Origin: a virus
Lineage: Duplodnaviria; Caudoviricetes
DNA length: 64,000 bases
IMG/VR virus record: IMGVR_UViG_3300017987_005501
Reading direction: 5' to 3' (one strand)
A program made the position numbers and the translations under genes. The notes beneath the pieces are model-generated. The model had not been told where the DNA came from. It did no database searches and was given only the letters and a program-made list of their open reading frames with translations. Each line of letters starts with the position of its first letter. Positions within the stretch are counted from its first letter, which is position 1. This document shows, piece after piece, positions 16,416 to 25,598 of this stretch.

Positions 16416-17051
16416 ATGTTACAAACATTAACATCCCAAGCTGATGACCTAAAAATAAAGATTTCTAAAGTCGAGGGAGTAAAATCTCAATTAGTAAATC
16501 AAAGGTCAAAGCTTGATTTAGAAATAGAAACTTTAAAACAGGGGGCAGTTGTTAGAGAAAAAACTGTCTCTTTGTTTAAACAGCTTCTGGATAAGTTAAT
16601 CGACGAAAATGTAACTACCCTAAGTAAACTAGTTACGGAAGGTTTAAAAATCGTAATTCCAGACCAACAAGTTGAATTTAGTGCAACTATTGAACAGAAG
16701 AAAGACCTCTGGATTAGGTTTACTACTATAGAAAATGGGGTTGAAGGAGACGTGATTAACTCTTTTGGGGGAATGATAGTTGCTTTGGAATCATTTATTC
16801 TAAGAGTTTTGTGTATATTAAAGTTAAAATTGAAACGGATACTAATTTTGGATGAAGTATTTGCGCATGTTAGCACTGAATACCTAGAAAATACTTCATA
16901 CCTAATAAAGAAATTATGTGATGATTTTGGGATAGACCTATTATTAGTTACACATAAAAAGCAGTTATTAAAGTATGCGGATACCGTATATTATGCTAAA
17001 TCTGAGAATGAAAAAGGATTAAAAAGATTGGTTCTAGAAAAAGGAGAATGA
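16416..17051 (+). CDS. SbcC/Rad50-like ATPase, C-terminal half (signature, Walker B, H-loop)
   Basis: N-terminal coiled coil, NSFGGM signature-like motif, ILILDEVFAHVS (Walker B/D-loop), LLLVTH. No Walker A. Confidence 0.85.
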   Translation: MLQTLTSQADDLKIKISKVEGVKSQLVNQRSKLDLEIETLKQGAVVREKTVSLFKQLLDKLIDENVTTLSKLVTEGLKIVIPDQQVEFSATIEQKKDLWIRFTTIENGVEGDVINSFGGMIVALESFILRVLCILKLKLKRILILDEVFAHVSTEYLENTSYLIKKLCDDFGIDLLLVTHKKQLLKYADTVYYAKSENEKGLKRLVLEKGE

Positions 17052-17518
17052 AAATGTCAACATTTGTAGCAGTAGATATTCAAAATGTCTTTTTCCACGC
17101 GAAGAAGCTAAAGAAAAGACTTAATTTTCAGAAGCTACACGAACTATTTCAGGAAGAAGAAGATTTATTAACTTGTAATGCTTATGTTGCGACAAGCCCA
17201 TTTACCGAAACAAGTTATCTAATTAACACCTTAAAAGGAATTGGTTTTAATGTAATAGCTTGCGAACAAAAAAAGGAAAGAAAGCACTTAAAATTTAATA
17301 ATAGATCTGTTGGAATTACCCTAGACGTTGTCCGAAATCAAGAACATTTTGATAAGCTAGTCGTTGTCACAATGGATGAAGGCATTGTTGATTTGTTAGA
17401 CCACCTTAGAGACGAAGGAATTAAAGTTGAGATTTGGTCTTTAACAAATAACGAAACCCTAAAAGACCATGCGGACGAATTTAATCTTTTTGAACAGGAG
17501 CACTACGTAAAACGTTAA
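17048..17518 (+). CDS. NYN/LabA-DUF88 (PIN-like) domain protein
   Basis: FVAVDIQNVF, VGITLDVV, VVVTMDEG..DL...LRDEGIKVEI, LKDHADEF. Confidence 0.8.
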   Translation: MKMSTFVAVDIQNVFFHAKKLKKRLNFQKLHELFQEEEDLLTCNAYVATSPFTETSYLINTLKGIGFNVIACEQKKERKHLKFNNRSVGITLDVVRNQEHFDKLVVVTMDEGIVDLLDHLRDEGIKVEIWSLTNNETLKDHADEFNLFEQEHYVKR

Positions 17519-17519
17519 A

Positions 17520-18239
17520 ATGCTGGCTAAAGAAAAAATAGTTCAAAGGATAGAGAAGCTTAAATTAAAGTACCTTAAAAAATATTATAAAAAATATTTT
17601 TCGAGAATTCCCGAGAACTGTAAATATAACCACCAGCAAAAGCAATTGCGTAAAACAACTGGGGAAGTTCTAATTGACCCTGACACGTTAAAACCAATTA
17701 CTGTTGGTTTATGTATGATGGGTTGTAATAAACCGGATGATTGGAAGGGCAGCTTCTGTATGTATAAAGAAACAGCAGAAAGCTGCCCTTTCTTTACCGA
17801 TAAATACAGTAAGACCCAAATCCGAAGTAAATTTGAGGAAGAGCTACGTAACCGTAATATACGGGCCGAAAAGTATAAAGACTTACATGAGTTGTATTTA
17901 ATAATAAAACCAGGGGAAGAAGACGAAGACCTCTTTAGAGTTGATAATCTTTTATCCGAAATAGATTCGTTACAAAACGAAGAGCTAACTGATTTAAGGG
18001 AAATGATAATAGCTGAGGTCAAGGCAAGGGACTTGGAACAAAAAGTTACTCCAAATTTTGATTTCCAATCTTTTTTTAATATAATAGAAACGGACGATCT
18101 TAGGAAATTAGCTCAACTAATTATATCTAGTCTTGAAAAAAGAGACGATTCAGATATAGACCAGCACCTTCTAAATAAAGATATCTGGAAAACGGAAGAT
18201 CCCGCCGAGGAAGATTCCCTTTTTGAAAACGGACTTTAA
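17520..18239 (+). CDS. Hypothetical Cys-containing protein
   Basis: Long ORF in the operon with five spaced Cys and an acidic C-terminus ending EDSLFENGL. Confidence 0.7.
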   Translation: MLAKEKIVQRIEKLKLKYLKKYYKKYFSRIPENCKYNHQQKQLRKTTGEVLIDPDTLKPITVGLCMMGCNKPDDWKGSFCMYKETAESCPFFTDKYSKTQIRSKFEEELRNRNIRAEKYKDLHELYLIIKPGEEDEDLFRVDNLLSEIDSLQNEELTDLREMIIAEVKARDLEQKVTPNFDFQSFFNIIETDDLRKLAQLIISSLEKRDDSDIDQHLLNKDIWKTEDPAEEDSLFENGL

Positions 18240-18246
18240 ATCTAAT

Positions 18247-18260
18247 AATAATCTGTTACT
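18247..18260 (+). promoter_or_regulatory. Recurrent upstream motif AATAATCTGTTACT (candidate late promoter)
   Basis: Near-copies upstream of 44584, 56692, 58411, 60836 and 61387; about 50 bp before ATG 18312. Confidence 0.45.
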
Positions 18261-18311
18261 AAATCGGATTTTTGATAAGCAACTTCTAGTTTCGTAGAAA
18301 AAGTCTGAGTT

Positions 18312-18827
18312 ATGGCAAAACAAGATATAATCGATACATCTGACGTAATTGTGAGGATTTGGGGTTATAGATACCCAGTTAGCCTCGGGGGGACTTTATT
18401 AAATCAATCCTGGAGAGGTGGCCAGTTTGTTACCTTTATTGATGACTGGACTGTTGATGTTGCGGATCCAATAAATTGGGAAGGGTTTTTAGTTAGAAGT
18501 TCCTTTGGAGAAGAAGGATGTATGCGCTTACAATCTTGGAACCCCCAGGTTACTAAGGGTATCCCAATGATTATTTATGGTTCCTATGATTTCATGTTTT
18601 ACGAAACAATGAGCGTAAATATGAGAAGGGCAGCACAAGGTTTACCTCCTTTAGGGCCCCCAGCACTTCCAGCACAAATACTAACCTATAATATTTCAGA
18701 TCCTGTTTATGTAAGTTTGAACGGATTATTAACAAACGAACAGGAGCTTCCTGGAGCGGAGAGAGCAGGAACTGCTGCTGCGCTTCCTGCTACAAATAGA
18801 GGTTATTTAGGATTTATATTCTCATAG
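18312..18827 (+). CDS. Hypothetical protein, probable virion/decoration protein
   Basis: Low-lysine, G/P/T-rich composition unlike its neighbours; preceded by the candidate late motif. Confidence 0.55.
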   Translation: MAKQDIIDTSDVIVRIWGYRYPVSLGGTLLNQSWRGGQFVTFIDDWTVDVADPINWEGFLVRSSFGEEGCMRLQSWNPQVTKGIPMIIYGSYDFMFYETMSVNMRRAAQGLPPLGPPALPAQILTYNISDPVYVSLNGLLTNEQELPGAERAGTAAALPATNRGYLGFIFS

Positions 18828-18836
18828 GATTCTTAA

Positions 18837-19157
18837 ATGTACGGATACTACGCAACAAAAAAACCAATTAAAGAAGTAGTCCGGGAATTAGAGAAAGACT
18901 TTAAAGGCCAATATCAAATAACGGCTACGCAGGTCTATGACTGGACAATTAAACACTACCCTTATAATGCATATCTTTTAGCCCCCGAAATAATTGGTTA
19001 CTTTTGGAGGTATGTTAAAAATCATAATATCAATGTTTTAGCTTCCACCAAATCTTCCAGGATTAAGAGTAGTATAATTAATAGACTAAATAAAATTAGT
19101 AAAGTTCTGGAAAGATTAAATGAGCACGCAAGAGAAAATAAAATCATTCATCGATAA
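18837..19157 (+). CDS. Hypothetical protein
   Basis: ORF fills the gap between two genes and overlaps the primase start. Confidence 0.6.
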   Translation: MYGYYATKKPIKEVVRELEKDFKGQYQITATQVYDWTIKHYPYNAYLLAPEIIGYFWRYVKNHNINVLASTKSSRIKSSIINRLNKISKVLERLNEHARENKIIHR

Positions 19158-19824
19158 AGCCCACCGCAAGCTTCTTAGATCCCAAGAAGCATTATCCTAC
19201 TTAGAAAAGCGTGGAGTTACTAAAGAGCAAATTGAGAGATATAAATTTGGTTTCTCTTTAACCAAAAAAATGGGTATCCCCGAATTTGATAAATGGTCTT
19301 TTAATGGGGATCGGTTAAAAAATCGCCTAATTTTCCCAATTAAAAATTCTCTAGGGGATTATAAAGCTTTTGGAACAAGGCTTAATAATAAAGATTCTGG
19401 GGGATACCAGTATTTTTATTTTGATAAGATAGAAGCAACCTTCTTTGGGATGGAAAACTTAAAATCTATTTGGGAAAAAGGGTACTGTTATATAACAGAA
19501 GGTATTTTTGATCACCTAGTTTTAGAACATTTATACGATAACTGTATTTGCCCTCTTACCGCAAACTTGAAACAAGGCAGACTTAAGTTTTTAAGTAGGT
19601 TTGCGGATACAATTATTTTTGCGTTTGATGCTGACAGTACCGGTATTGAGAAAATTAAGCAAATTTCTCAAAACGAGGACTTGAACCATTTAACCTTTTA
19701 TCAATTTTCAAACTACAGAAGTGTCGGGGAAAATGTTAAAGACTTAAATAACATATGGCAGGTACTCGGGGAGAGTAAATTTAAGGATTTTATCGAAAGA
19801 CAAAATGATTTATTTGTTTTTTAG
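19120..19824 (+). CDS. dnaG: DnaG-type primase catalytic core (no zinc-binding domain)
   Basis: YLEKRGVT..QIERYKFGF, NRLIFPIKN...AFGTR, TOPRIM YITEGIFD and FAFDADSTG, KDLN. Confidence 0.85.
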   Translation: MSTQEKIKSFIDKAHRKLLRSQEALSYLEKRGVTKEQIERYKFGFSLTKKMGIPEFDKWSFNGDRLKNRLIFPIKNSLGDYKAFGTRLNNKDSGGYQYFYFDKIEATFFGMENLKSIWEKGYCYITEGIFDHLVLEHLYDNCICPLTANLKQGRLKFLSRFADTIIFAFDADSTGIEKIKQISQNEDLNHLTFYQFSNYRSVGENVKDLNNIWQVLGESKFKDFIERQNDLFVF

Positions 19825-19896
19825 GGAAGTTTAAGCTCTTTTCATGTAAAATAATTACGGATACCTATATTCTACAATCGTTTAGAGATCTATATA

Positions 19897-20322
19897 ATGA
19901 CTATTGACGAAGTTTTCGAACTGCTCGGCATTAAAAAAACAAAAAGGATGTTAAAAGAAGCAAGAGATAATATTAAAACCTTAAACGATGACCTTTTTGA
20001 GCTTGAAAAACAGAAAAGGAAGGCAGCGTCTGAATTAAAAGCCAGAGAATTAATTATGAAGAGAGATATAGCGATGGAAATTGAACCAGGAACGCAAAAC
20101 AAGAAAGCTTTTACTAATGATTCATTGCGAGACGCAGAGTTTATTATGAGGTCAGCTGCTGATAAAAATATAGCAGACTTAAGAGATGAGCTCGACCTTT
20201 TAGTTGCAGGTATTTTTCAAAAAAAGATTTCTTTGCAAATTGAAGGGGAAGCTAATAAAGAATTACTTCTTGACTATAAAATGGCGATATCGCTAATTCC
20301 TTATCTGAATACAGAGGACTAG
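19897..20322 (+). CDS. Hypothetical coiled-coil protein
   Basis: Helical 141-aa ORF within the operon. Confidence 0.65.
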   Translation: MTIDEVFELLGIKKTKRMLKEARDNIKTLNDDLFELEKQKRKAASELKARELIMKRDIAMEIEPGTQNKKAFTNDSLRDAEFIMRSAADKNIADLRDELDLLVAGIFQKKISLQIEGEANKELLLDYKMAISLIPYLNTED

Positions 20323-20328
20323 TAACCC

Positions 20329-20748
20329 ATGATCATCAACCTTTTCGAAGATAAGATCGAAGAAATTTTAGATAAGCATAATGTTGCTGCTTCAAATTAT
20401 GATAAATTAAAAACGGACTTAGTAAATGCTTTTGTAGAAAGCCATTTAGCAACAAATAAACGACTTTCTACCCCTCCTAAGCACTTTCTTGAGTTTATGA
20501 AGAAAGAAAAGATAGAGAACCCCGATGTAATCTATAAAACTTTTTATAAGTGGGTTACAAAAACAGAAGAGGGTGAAAAATGGCTTTGTTCTACCCTCGG
20601 GGTCACTAGAGATGTTCTAACGGCAGATCTTGCTATTCAATATATGCAATCTGGTGGGAAAAAGGTCCATCTCAAACCATTACAGACTACAATTTATTAC
20701 CGTGGAAAACCTAAGCAAAAAACACGGAAAAAGAAAAAGAATACATAA
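20329..20748 (+). CDS. Hypothetical protein
   Basis: GAGG RBS; basic C-terminus. Confidence 0.65.
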   Translation: MIINLFEDKIEEILDKHNVAASNYDKLKTDLVNAFVESHLATNKRLSTPPKHFLEFMKKEKIENPDVIYKTFYKWVTKTEEGEKWLCSTLGVTRDVLTADLAIQYMQSGGKKVHLKPLQTTIYYRGKPKQKTRKKKKNT

Positions 20749-21424
20749 AAAAAACTTTGAGAAGGGCACTCAAAACTTATTTTACTTTTTAAGGAATAGC
20801 GTTCTTGACGCGAACTTAAAATCGGCGAAGATGTTTTTAGGGCTTTTAAAGCAAAATTACAATATAAGCCCCTCATTGTTTAGAGAAAGTTTAGCCGATT
20901 GGCAAAAAGAGGAATTTGCAAAACTAAAAAAACAAGTCCTCGCTAATAACCTTCTAAATGAGATTAATATCCTTGAAGAAGAATATTGCAGTATTAAATC
21001 AGAAACAGACCCAATTCCAGAAAGAGAAATTCCAGATCTTTTACTTCAGGGGCAACTTAAAAGCCTAACCAAAGTACTGGGAATAGTCCAACCTAAGTGG
21101 GGTGGCAAAGAGATCCCTATTAATGTTGGAAATACCGGAAAGAATTATGTAGATTTAATTCTTGACGATTTAGGGGATGAAAGAAAAAGCAAATATATTA
21201 TAGAGATAAAAACTCATCGCGCTGATCACAACGTTATCGGGCAAATTAAAAAGTACGAGTTGTTTTACCAAAAAAAATTAATCTACCGGCTATGGCACAA
21301 TGTTATCCCCGTGGTAATTGCACATGGGTATGATAAAACTACAAGAACAGAACTTAAGAAACAAAACGTTCGGACCCTTATCTACGAATCCCCAAGAGAT
21401 AAAATTAGTTTTATGGAAGTTTAA
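20630..21424 (+). CDS. NucS/EndoMS C-terminal-like PD-(D/E)xK endonuclease (start uncertain; ATG 20831 possible)
   Basis: KEIPI...YVDLIL...IIEIKTHRADHNVIGQIKKY...VIPVVIAH resembles the NucS (DUF91) nuclease domain. Confidence 0.7.
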   Translation: MLFNICNLVGKRSISNHYRLQFITVENLSKKHGKRKRIHKKNFEKGTQNLFYFLRNSVLDANLKSAKMFLGLLKQNYNISPSLFRESLADWQKEEFAKLKKQVLANNLLNEINILEEEYCSIKSETDPIPEREIPDLLLQGQLKSLTKVLGIVQPKWGGKEIPINVGNTGKNYVDLILDDLGDERKSKYIIEIKTHRADHNVIGQIKKYELFYQKKLIYRLWHNVIPVVIAHGYDKTTRTELKKQNVRTLIYESPRDKISFMEV

Positions 21425-21488
21425 AATTATGCTGGGGACAAAAGCAGTATAATAACTAATTACATGTTTGCTGTAAAGGAAACCTAGC

Positions 21489-22019
21489 ATGAAAGATTTA
21501 TCCAAAGCTAAATGGACCGATAGCGATAAGCGGAATTGGAAAGAAACTATCAAAAGTTTTTATAATATAGAACACGTAACTTCAATTCAAAAATATAATC
21601 CATCAGATACAATTTTCCTCACCCGTTGTTCCTCTGCCAAATCCGGAAAAGTCCGTGGGACCCCTTCCCAAATGTATTGGGGGGCTATTAATAAAAAGTT
21701 CTACCGTATGCTGGATAAGTTTGAGTTATACTACGGGGTATGTAGCGACTTTCTAGGGGTTGTTTTTAAGGACGAAGAATTTGATAACTATGATGTTCAT
21801 CCCGCCGATATTACAGACGAGGACAAGAGAAAACTTGGAGAAATAATTAGTACTAAAATAAAGGAAAAGGGCTTTAAAAATGCCTATTTCTTTAATACTA
21901 GCCCTCTTTTATCGAGGCCCTATTTTGAGATGCTATATTATTCACAAATTCCTGTAAAATATTTCTCGGATTTACAAATTGTTAGGGAAGCATTTGAAGT
22001 TGAAGATGATTTACTCTAG
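21489..22019 (+). CDS. CSxxK-motif protein (DUF6884/DUF5591-like), first gene of the deazaguanine cluster
   Basis: FLTRCSSAKS...P..MYWG...KKFY...YYGVCSDFLGVV..DEEFDNYD matches the recalled DUF6884 pattern. Ends EDDLL. Confidence 0.55.
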   Translation: MKDLSKAKWTDSDKRNWKETIKSFYNIEHVTSIQKYNPSDTIFLTRCSSAKSGKVRGTPSQMYWGAINKKFYRMLDKFELYYGVCSDFLGVVFKDEEFDNYDVHPADITDEDKRKLGEIISTKIKEKGFKNAYFFNTSPLLSRPYFEMLYYSQIPVKYFSDLQIVREAFEVEDDLL

Positions 22020-22028
22020 GAGGTAGTT

Positions 22029-23507
22029 ATGTGTTCCATTTTTGGATTTTTTAAACCGTCCGGTGCTATTGGGGACTCATTCGAAGAAAATGGCTTCAAA
22101 ATCCCCTGGAAAAGCTTATTCCATAAAATCACAGAAAATTCTAGCGAGAGAGGCAAGGATGCCTTCGGTTATGTCAAATTTGGAAGAGGCGCACCCATTG
22201 TAAATAAGTGGTCGTTGAAAAATTATTCAACACATCAAAAAGAAAATGCATACTACGGGTGGGGTGTTGACGAAGACTCGTGGGGACTTTTAGCAAATAA
22301 TAGGGCAGAACCAGAAACAGAATTCCAAAAAGATTTTCAGGAAAAGGATTTTCAACCTTTTACCAGCCCTACCCTTAGTGGAAATACTGTCCATGTTGTG
22401 CATAATGGGTTGGTAAGTAACGATGCAGAAATCCGGGAAAGATTAAAATTAAACCTTGACACGGAAACTGATTCAGCAGTTCTTCCCTATGTTTTTCGCC
22501 AAGCTACCTATTTTCAGGGATTTTTAAGGGATATTAAATACAAACTAAAAGGTAGCTATGCCCTTGCCGTATATAATACCCTAAGCCCAGACAAGCTCTT
22601 TCTCTATAGAGATTTCAACCCGTTAACTGTTCTATATAATAAACAAGAAAATGTATATATCTTTGCTTCCTTTGAAAAATACGTAAGAGAAGCTATTTCT
22701 AAATGCAAGGGAAACCAACTTAATTGGGCAACCATAGATATCCCTCCCTATTCTGGAGCTGTAATTTCTAAAAAAGGAATTGAAATAGCATCTATCGACT
22801 CCGTTGACGATTCTCAAAAGAAAGAACCGGTCCAAGAACTTTTCTTTGGAAAAAAGGCATTAATCGTAATGAGTGGGGGCCTTGATAGCGTTGTTGCTGC
22901 TATTATGATGAAAAATATGGGGTTTAAATTAGATTTCTTACATTTCTCCTACGAAGGGAGAGCACAGGAAAAAGAAATCTCTGCTGTTAAAGACCTAGCA
23001 GAACATTTTAATGCTAATCTTGAAATTTTCAAATTCGACCTATTTAAAAATTTAGGAGGAAGCAGCTTAGTTGACAGAAATATTGACTTAGCTGATGGGA
23101 AAGAGGGGGCGGAACATGCTAAAGATTGGATTCCCGCCCGAAATACTGTCTTTACCGCTATTGCCGCTGCATACGCAGATAGGTTTAAGTACGATGCCAT
23201 TGTCTTAGGATTAAATTTATCAGAGGGGATGACCTTCCCGGACAATACAACGGAATATTTTGAAACTTTCTCTAGGGTTCTCAGTCTCGGGACAATGCAA
23301 AGACCTAAAATTATTTGTCCCTTAAGTAATATGACTAAACATGAGTTAGTATTATACGGTATGAGAGAAGACCCAGATGCTATAAAACTTAGCTATAGTT
23401 GCTATACAGGAAACGATAAACACTGTGGCACATGTGCAAGCTGCTACCTTAGAAAAATTGCTTTCAAGATGAACAACTTAAACGATCCGGCTGATTTTGA
23501 GGATTAA
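22029..23507 (+). CDS. queC: Gat-QueC: class II glutamine amidotransferase fused to 7-cyano-7-deazaguanine synthase
   Basis: N-terminal MCSIFG (Ntn Cys), RGKDAFG, HNG, TDSAVL, GSYA; then MSGGLDS, HFSYEGRA..E, WIPARN, PDNT, CYTG..KHCGTCASCYLR. Confidence 0.92.
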   Translation: MCSIFGFFKPSGAIGDSFEENGFKIPWKSLFHKITENSSERGKDAFGYVKFGRGAPIVNKWSLKNYSTHQKENAYYGWGVDEDSWGLLANNRAEPETEFQKDFQEKDFQPFTSPTLSGNTVHVVHNGLVSNDAEIRERLKLNLDTETDSAVLPYVFRQATYFQGFLRDIKYKLKGSYALAVYNTLSPDKLFLYRDFNPLTVLYNKQENVYIFASFEKYVREAISKCKGNQLNWATIDIPPYSGAVISKKGIEIASIDSVDDSQKKEPVQELFFGKKALIVMSGGLDSVVAAIMMKNMGFKLDFLHFSYEGRAQEKEISAVKDLAEHFNANLEIFKFDLFKNLGGSSLVDRNIDLADGKEGAEHAKDWIPARNTVFTAIAAAYADRFKYDAIVLGLNLSEGMTFPDNTTEYFETFSRVLSLGTMQRPKIICPLSNMTKHELVLYGMREDPDAIKLSYSCYTGNDKHCGTCASCYLRKIAFKMNNLNDPADFED

Positions 23508-23510
23508 ATT

Positions 23511-24731
23511 ATGACAGAGAAGAAACCAGAAAAGAAACAAAAACAACACGGAGTTGCCGAAGATATGAATACTCCACCGGAGCTAAGCGACACGAAGAAG
23601 CATACTCTTTATAAAACTTTGGAAGTCGCAAGAGAAAAAGTCACAACGGAAATTAAAGATAAATGTGAAGGGAAGAAGAAGTTCGTTATTTGGATTGCAC
23701 AAATCGACCCCGATGCCATTGGGTCCGCTATGGTTATTAGGTACTACCTAATGGTTTGCTTAAATATCGACCCTAGTTATATCCAAATTTATTATGGTGG
23801 GGCCGTTTCCCACGCACAAAACCGGTGCATCTTTAATATTTTCGAGTTAGATAATTTATTCCAGCGAATATCTTGCGAAGAAGTGCCTCATAAGGAAGAG
23901 GAGGAAATTTGGTTTTTAGTAGATTCTAACGACCTTAATGATTCCAGGTTTTCTGGCATGGACTTATCAGATATTGATATTATTATTGATCATCATAGGA
24001 TATCTGCTAAACAAAAAACCGAGGATAAAATTTATTTTATCGATTCAATTGGGTCTGCTTCAACTTTAACAGTTGAACTCTTGGAAACAGAATGTTCTGG
24101 TTTAGAAAATTTACCTTCTGATTCCGACCGAGAGAAAGTTTTAACCCTAGCATCAATTGGAATTCGAAATGACACAAACAACTTTACGTCAGCATTAACC
24201 CATACGAGGGACACAGAAGCACTTAATAAATTAATTCCTTTTATTGATAATGATTTAACAATCCAAGTTGAAAATTACCCCCTGGATAATAACTATTTCT
24301 CTATACTATCTAATGTCCTTGAAACAAGAAAAGTTAAAGGAATTAGAGCAATCGCCTCCGCTGGCTATATTTACGAGGAGGATGGGGACCAATTAGCAGA
24401 AGCTTGTAATCTGTTAATTCGGGAAGCCCGCGTTAGCATTGCTGTTGTTTGGGGGATTATTTTAGAAACGGGAAGGGTGCGACTTAGTATTCGAAGCAAA
24501 GATGTTTCTCTAAACCTTGATTCAAAATTAAAAGAGGTTTTCGAAGGAAAAGGAGGCGCAAAACAAACTAAGGGGGTTGCAGAAGGTGGAGTACATTTAG
24601 ATATGGGAGATTTCGTACCTTCTGGGCCACTTAAGGATGATGAGACGTATAAGGAATATTGGAGAAACATTATAGAGGCAAATATTACAGGTAAAATTTC
24701 ACTTATGTTAAAAGACAGTGGAGAAGATTAA
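23511..24731 (+). CDS. DHH-family phosphoesterase (NrnA/GdpP-like, with DHHA1-like C-terminus)
   Basis: DPDAIGS, LVDSN, IIIDHH, GSAST, RNDT, RLSIRS, GGAK. Confidence 0.88.
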   Translation: MTEKKPEKKQKQHGVAEDMNTPPELSDTKKHTLYKTLEVAREKVTTEIKDKCEGKKKFVIWIAQIDPDAIGSAMVIRYYLMVCLNIDPSYIQIYYGGAVSHAQNRCIFNIFELDNLFQRISCEEVPHKEEEEIWFLVDSNDLNDSRFSGMDLSDIDIIIDHHRISAKQKTEDKIYFIDSIGSASTLTVELLETECSGLENLPSDSDREKVLTLASIGIRNDTNNFTSALTHTRDTEALNKLIPFIDNDLTIQVENYPLDNNYFSILSNVLETRKVKGIRAIASAGYIYEEDGDQLAEACNLLIREARVSIAVVWGIILETGRVRLSIRSKDVSLNLDSKLKEVFEGKGGAKQTKGVAEGGVHLDMGDFVPSGPLKDDETYKEYWRNIIEANITGKISLMLKDSGED

Positions 24732-24732
24732 A

Positions 24733-25584
24733 ATGAATTTAAGATACTATGGTTTCCAGCCCGAAATTAAAGAATACGTTGATAATACGCTCCGCCCAGG
24801 GGTGTATAAGACAGAACTTCCCTATATAATTTCATTTATTGGGGAAGCTAACGTTTCAAAAGATGGTCTTTGTGACTTAGCCGACATCCATGGAAGCGAG
24901 GCTTTTATTGAAGGAAATATGCTTCATTTTATCGCAGAGTTCCCAGATAATATTTCGCCTCACGAAATGGTTTTATATCAAAGAAGATTTATTACTATTG
25001 TAAAACAAAAAATTGAGGGCTTAGGAGATATTAAACTAACACAAGGTGGGGACGATTTATATTATAAAGGAAGGAAACTAAGCGTATCAATTGTTGCTCC
25101 TTCGACTGTCGGCACCTATCTTATGCACGCAGCATTTAATATCACAAACAAGTGTAAGCTTAACATCTCTTGGCTGGACGAATTCATAGATACGGATTAT
25201 GAATCATTAGTTAACCTATCCTTGGATTTAATGGGACAATTTAAGAATGAACTAGATTCGATAAATTATGCTGTACATAAGGTTAAACCCATTTATCCAG
25301 ATGGGCATTTCCTTAACCTAGAAAAAGCAATTGAAAACGCAAGTTTTAGAGTTTCTAATTTACAAAAGATCATCAGAGACTTATATAAGGAAGTTACCTC
25401 AACCTTGCCTTACGAAGAAAAGAAAGATAAAGCCTTGGAGCTTATTAGTCTTTTTCCCCTAAATAAAACAGAGGAATTAAAAGAAGCTTTGTCCTGTTGT
25501 AATGATGATCGCCATTTAGTCGCTTTTGCAGAAGCACTAATTATTAAGCTGCTAAGAGAATCAAAAATCGTCTCTAACTATTAA
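24733..25584 (+). CDS. DUF366-family protein (biotin/lipoate ligase-like fold) with C-terminal helical extension
   Basis: ISFIGEANV...DLADI...MLHFIAEF...YQRR...GDDLYYKGRKLSVSI...MH. GGAG RBS favours ATG 24733. Confidence 0.8.
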   Translation: MNLRYYGFQPEIKEYVDNTLRPGVYKTELPYIISFIGEANVSKDGLCDLADIHGSEAFIEGNMLHFIAEFPDNISPHEMVLYQRRFITIVKQKIEGLGDIKLTQGGDDLYYKGRKLSVSIVAPSTVGTYLMHAAFNITNKCKLNISWLDEFIDTDYESLVNLSLDLMGQFKNELDSINYAVHKVKPIYPDGHFLNLEKAIENASFRVSNLQKIIRDLYKEVTSTLPYEEKKDKALELISLFPLNKTEELKEALSCCNDDRHLVAFAEALIIKLLRESKIVSNY

Positions 25585-25598
25585 GAAGGGTAATTTAT

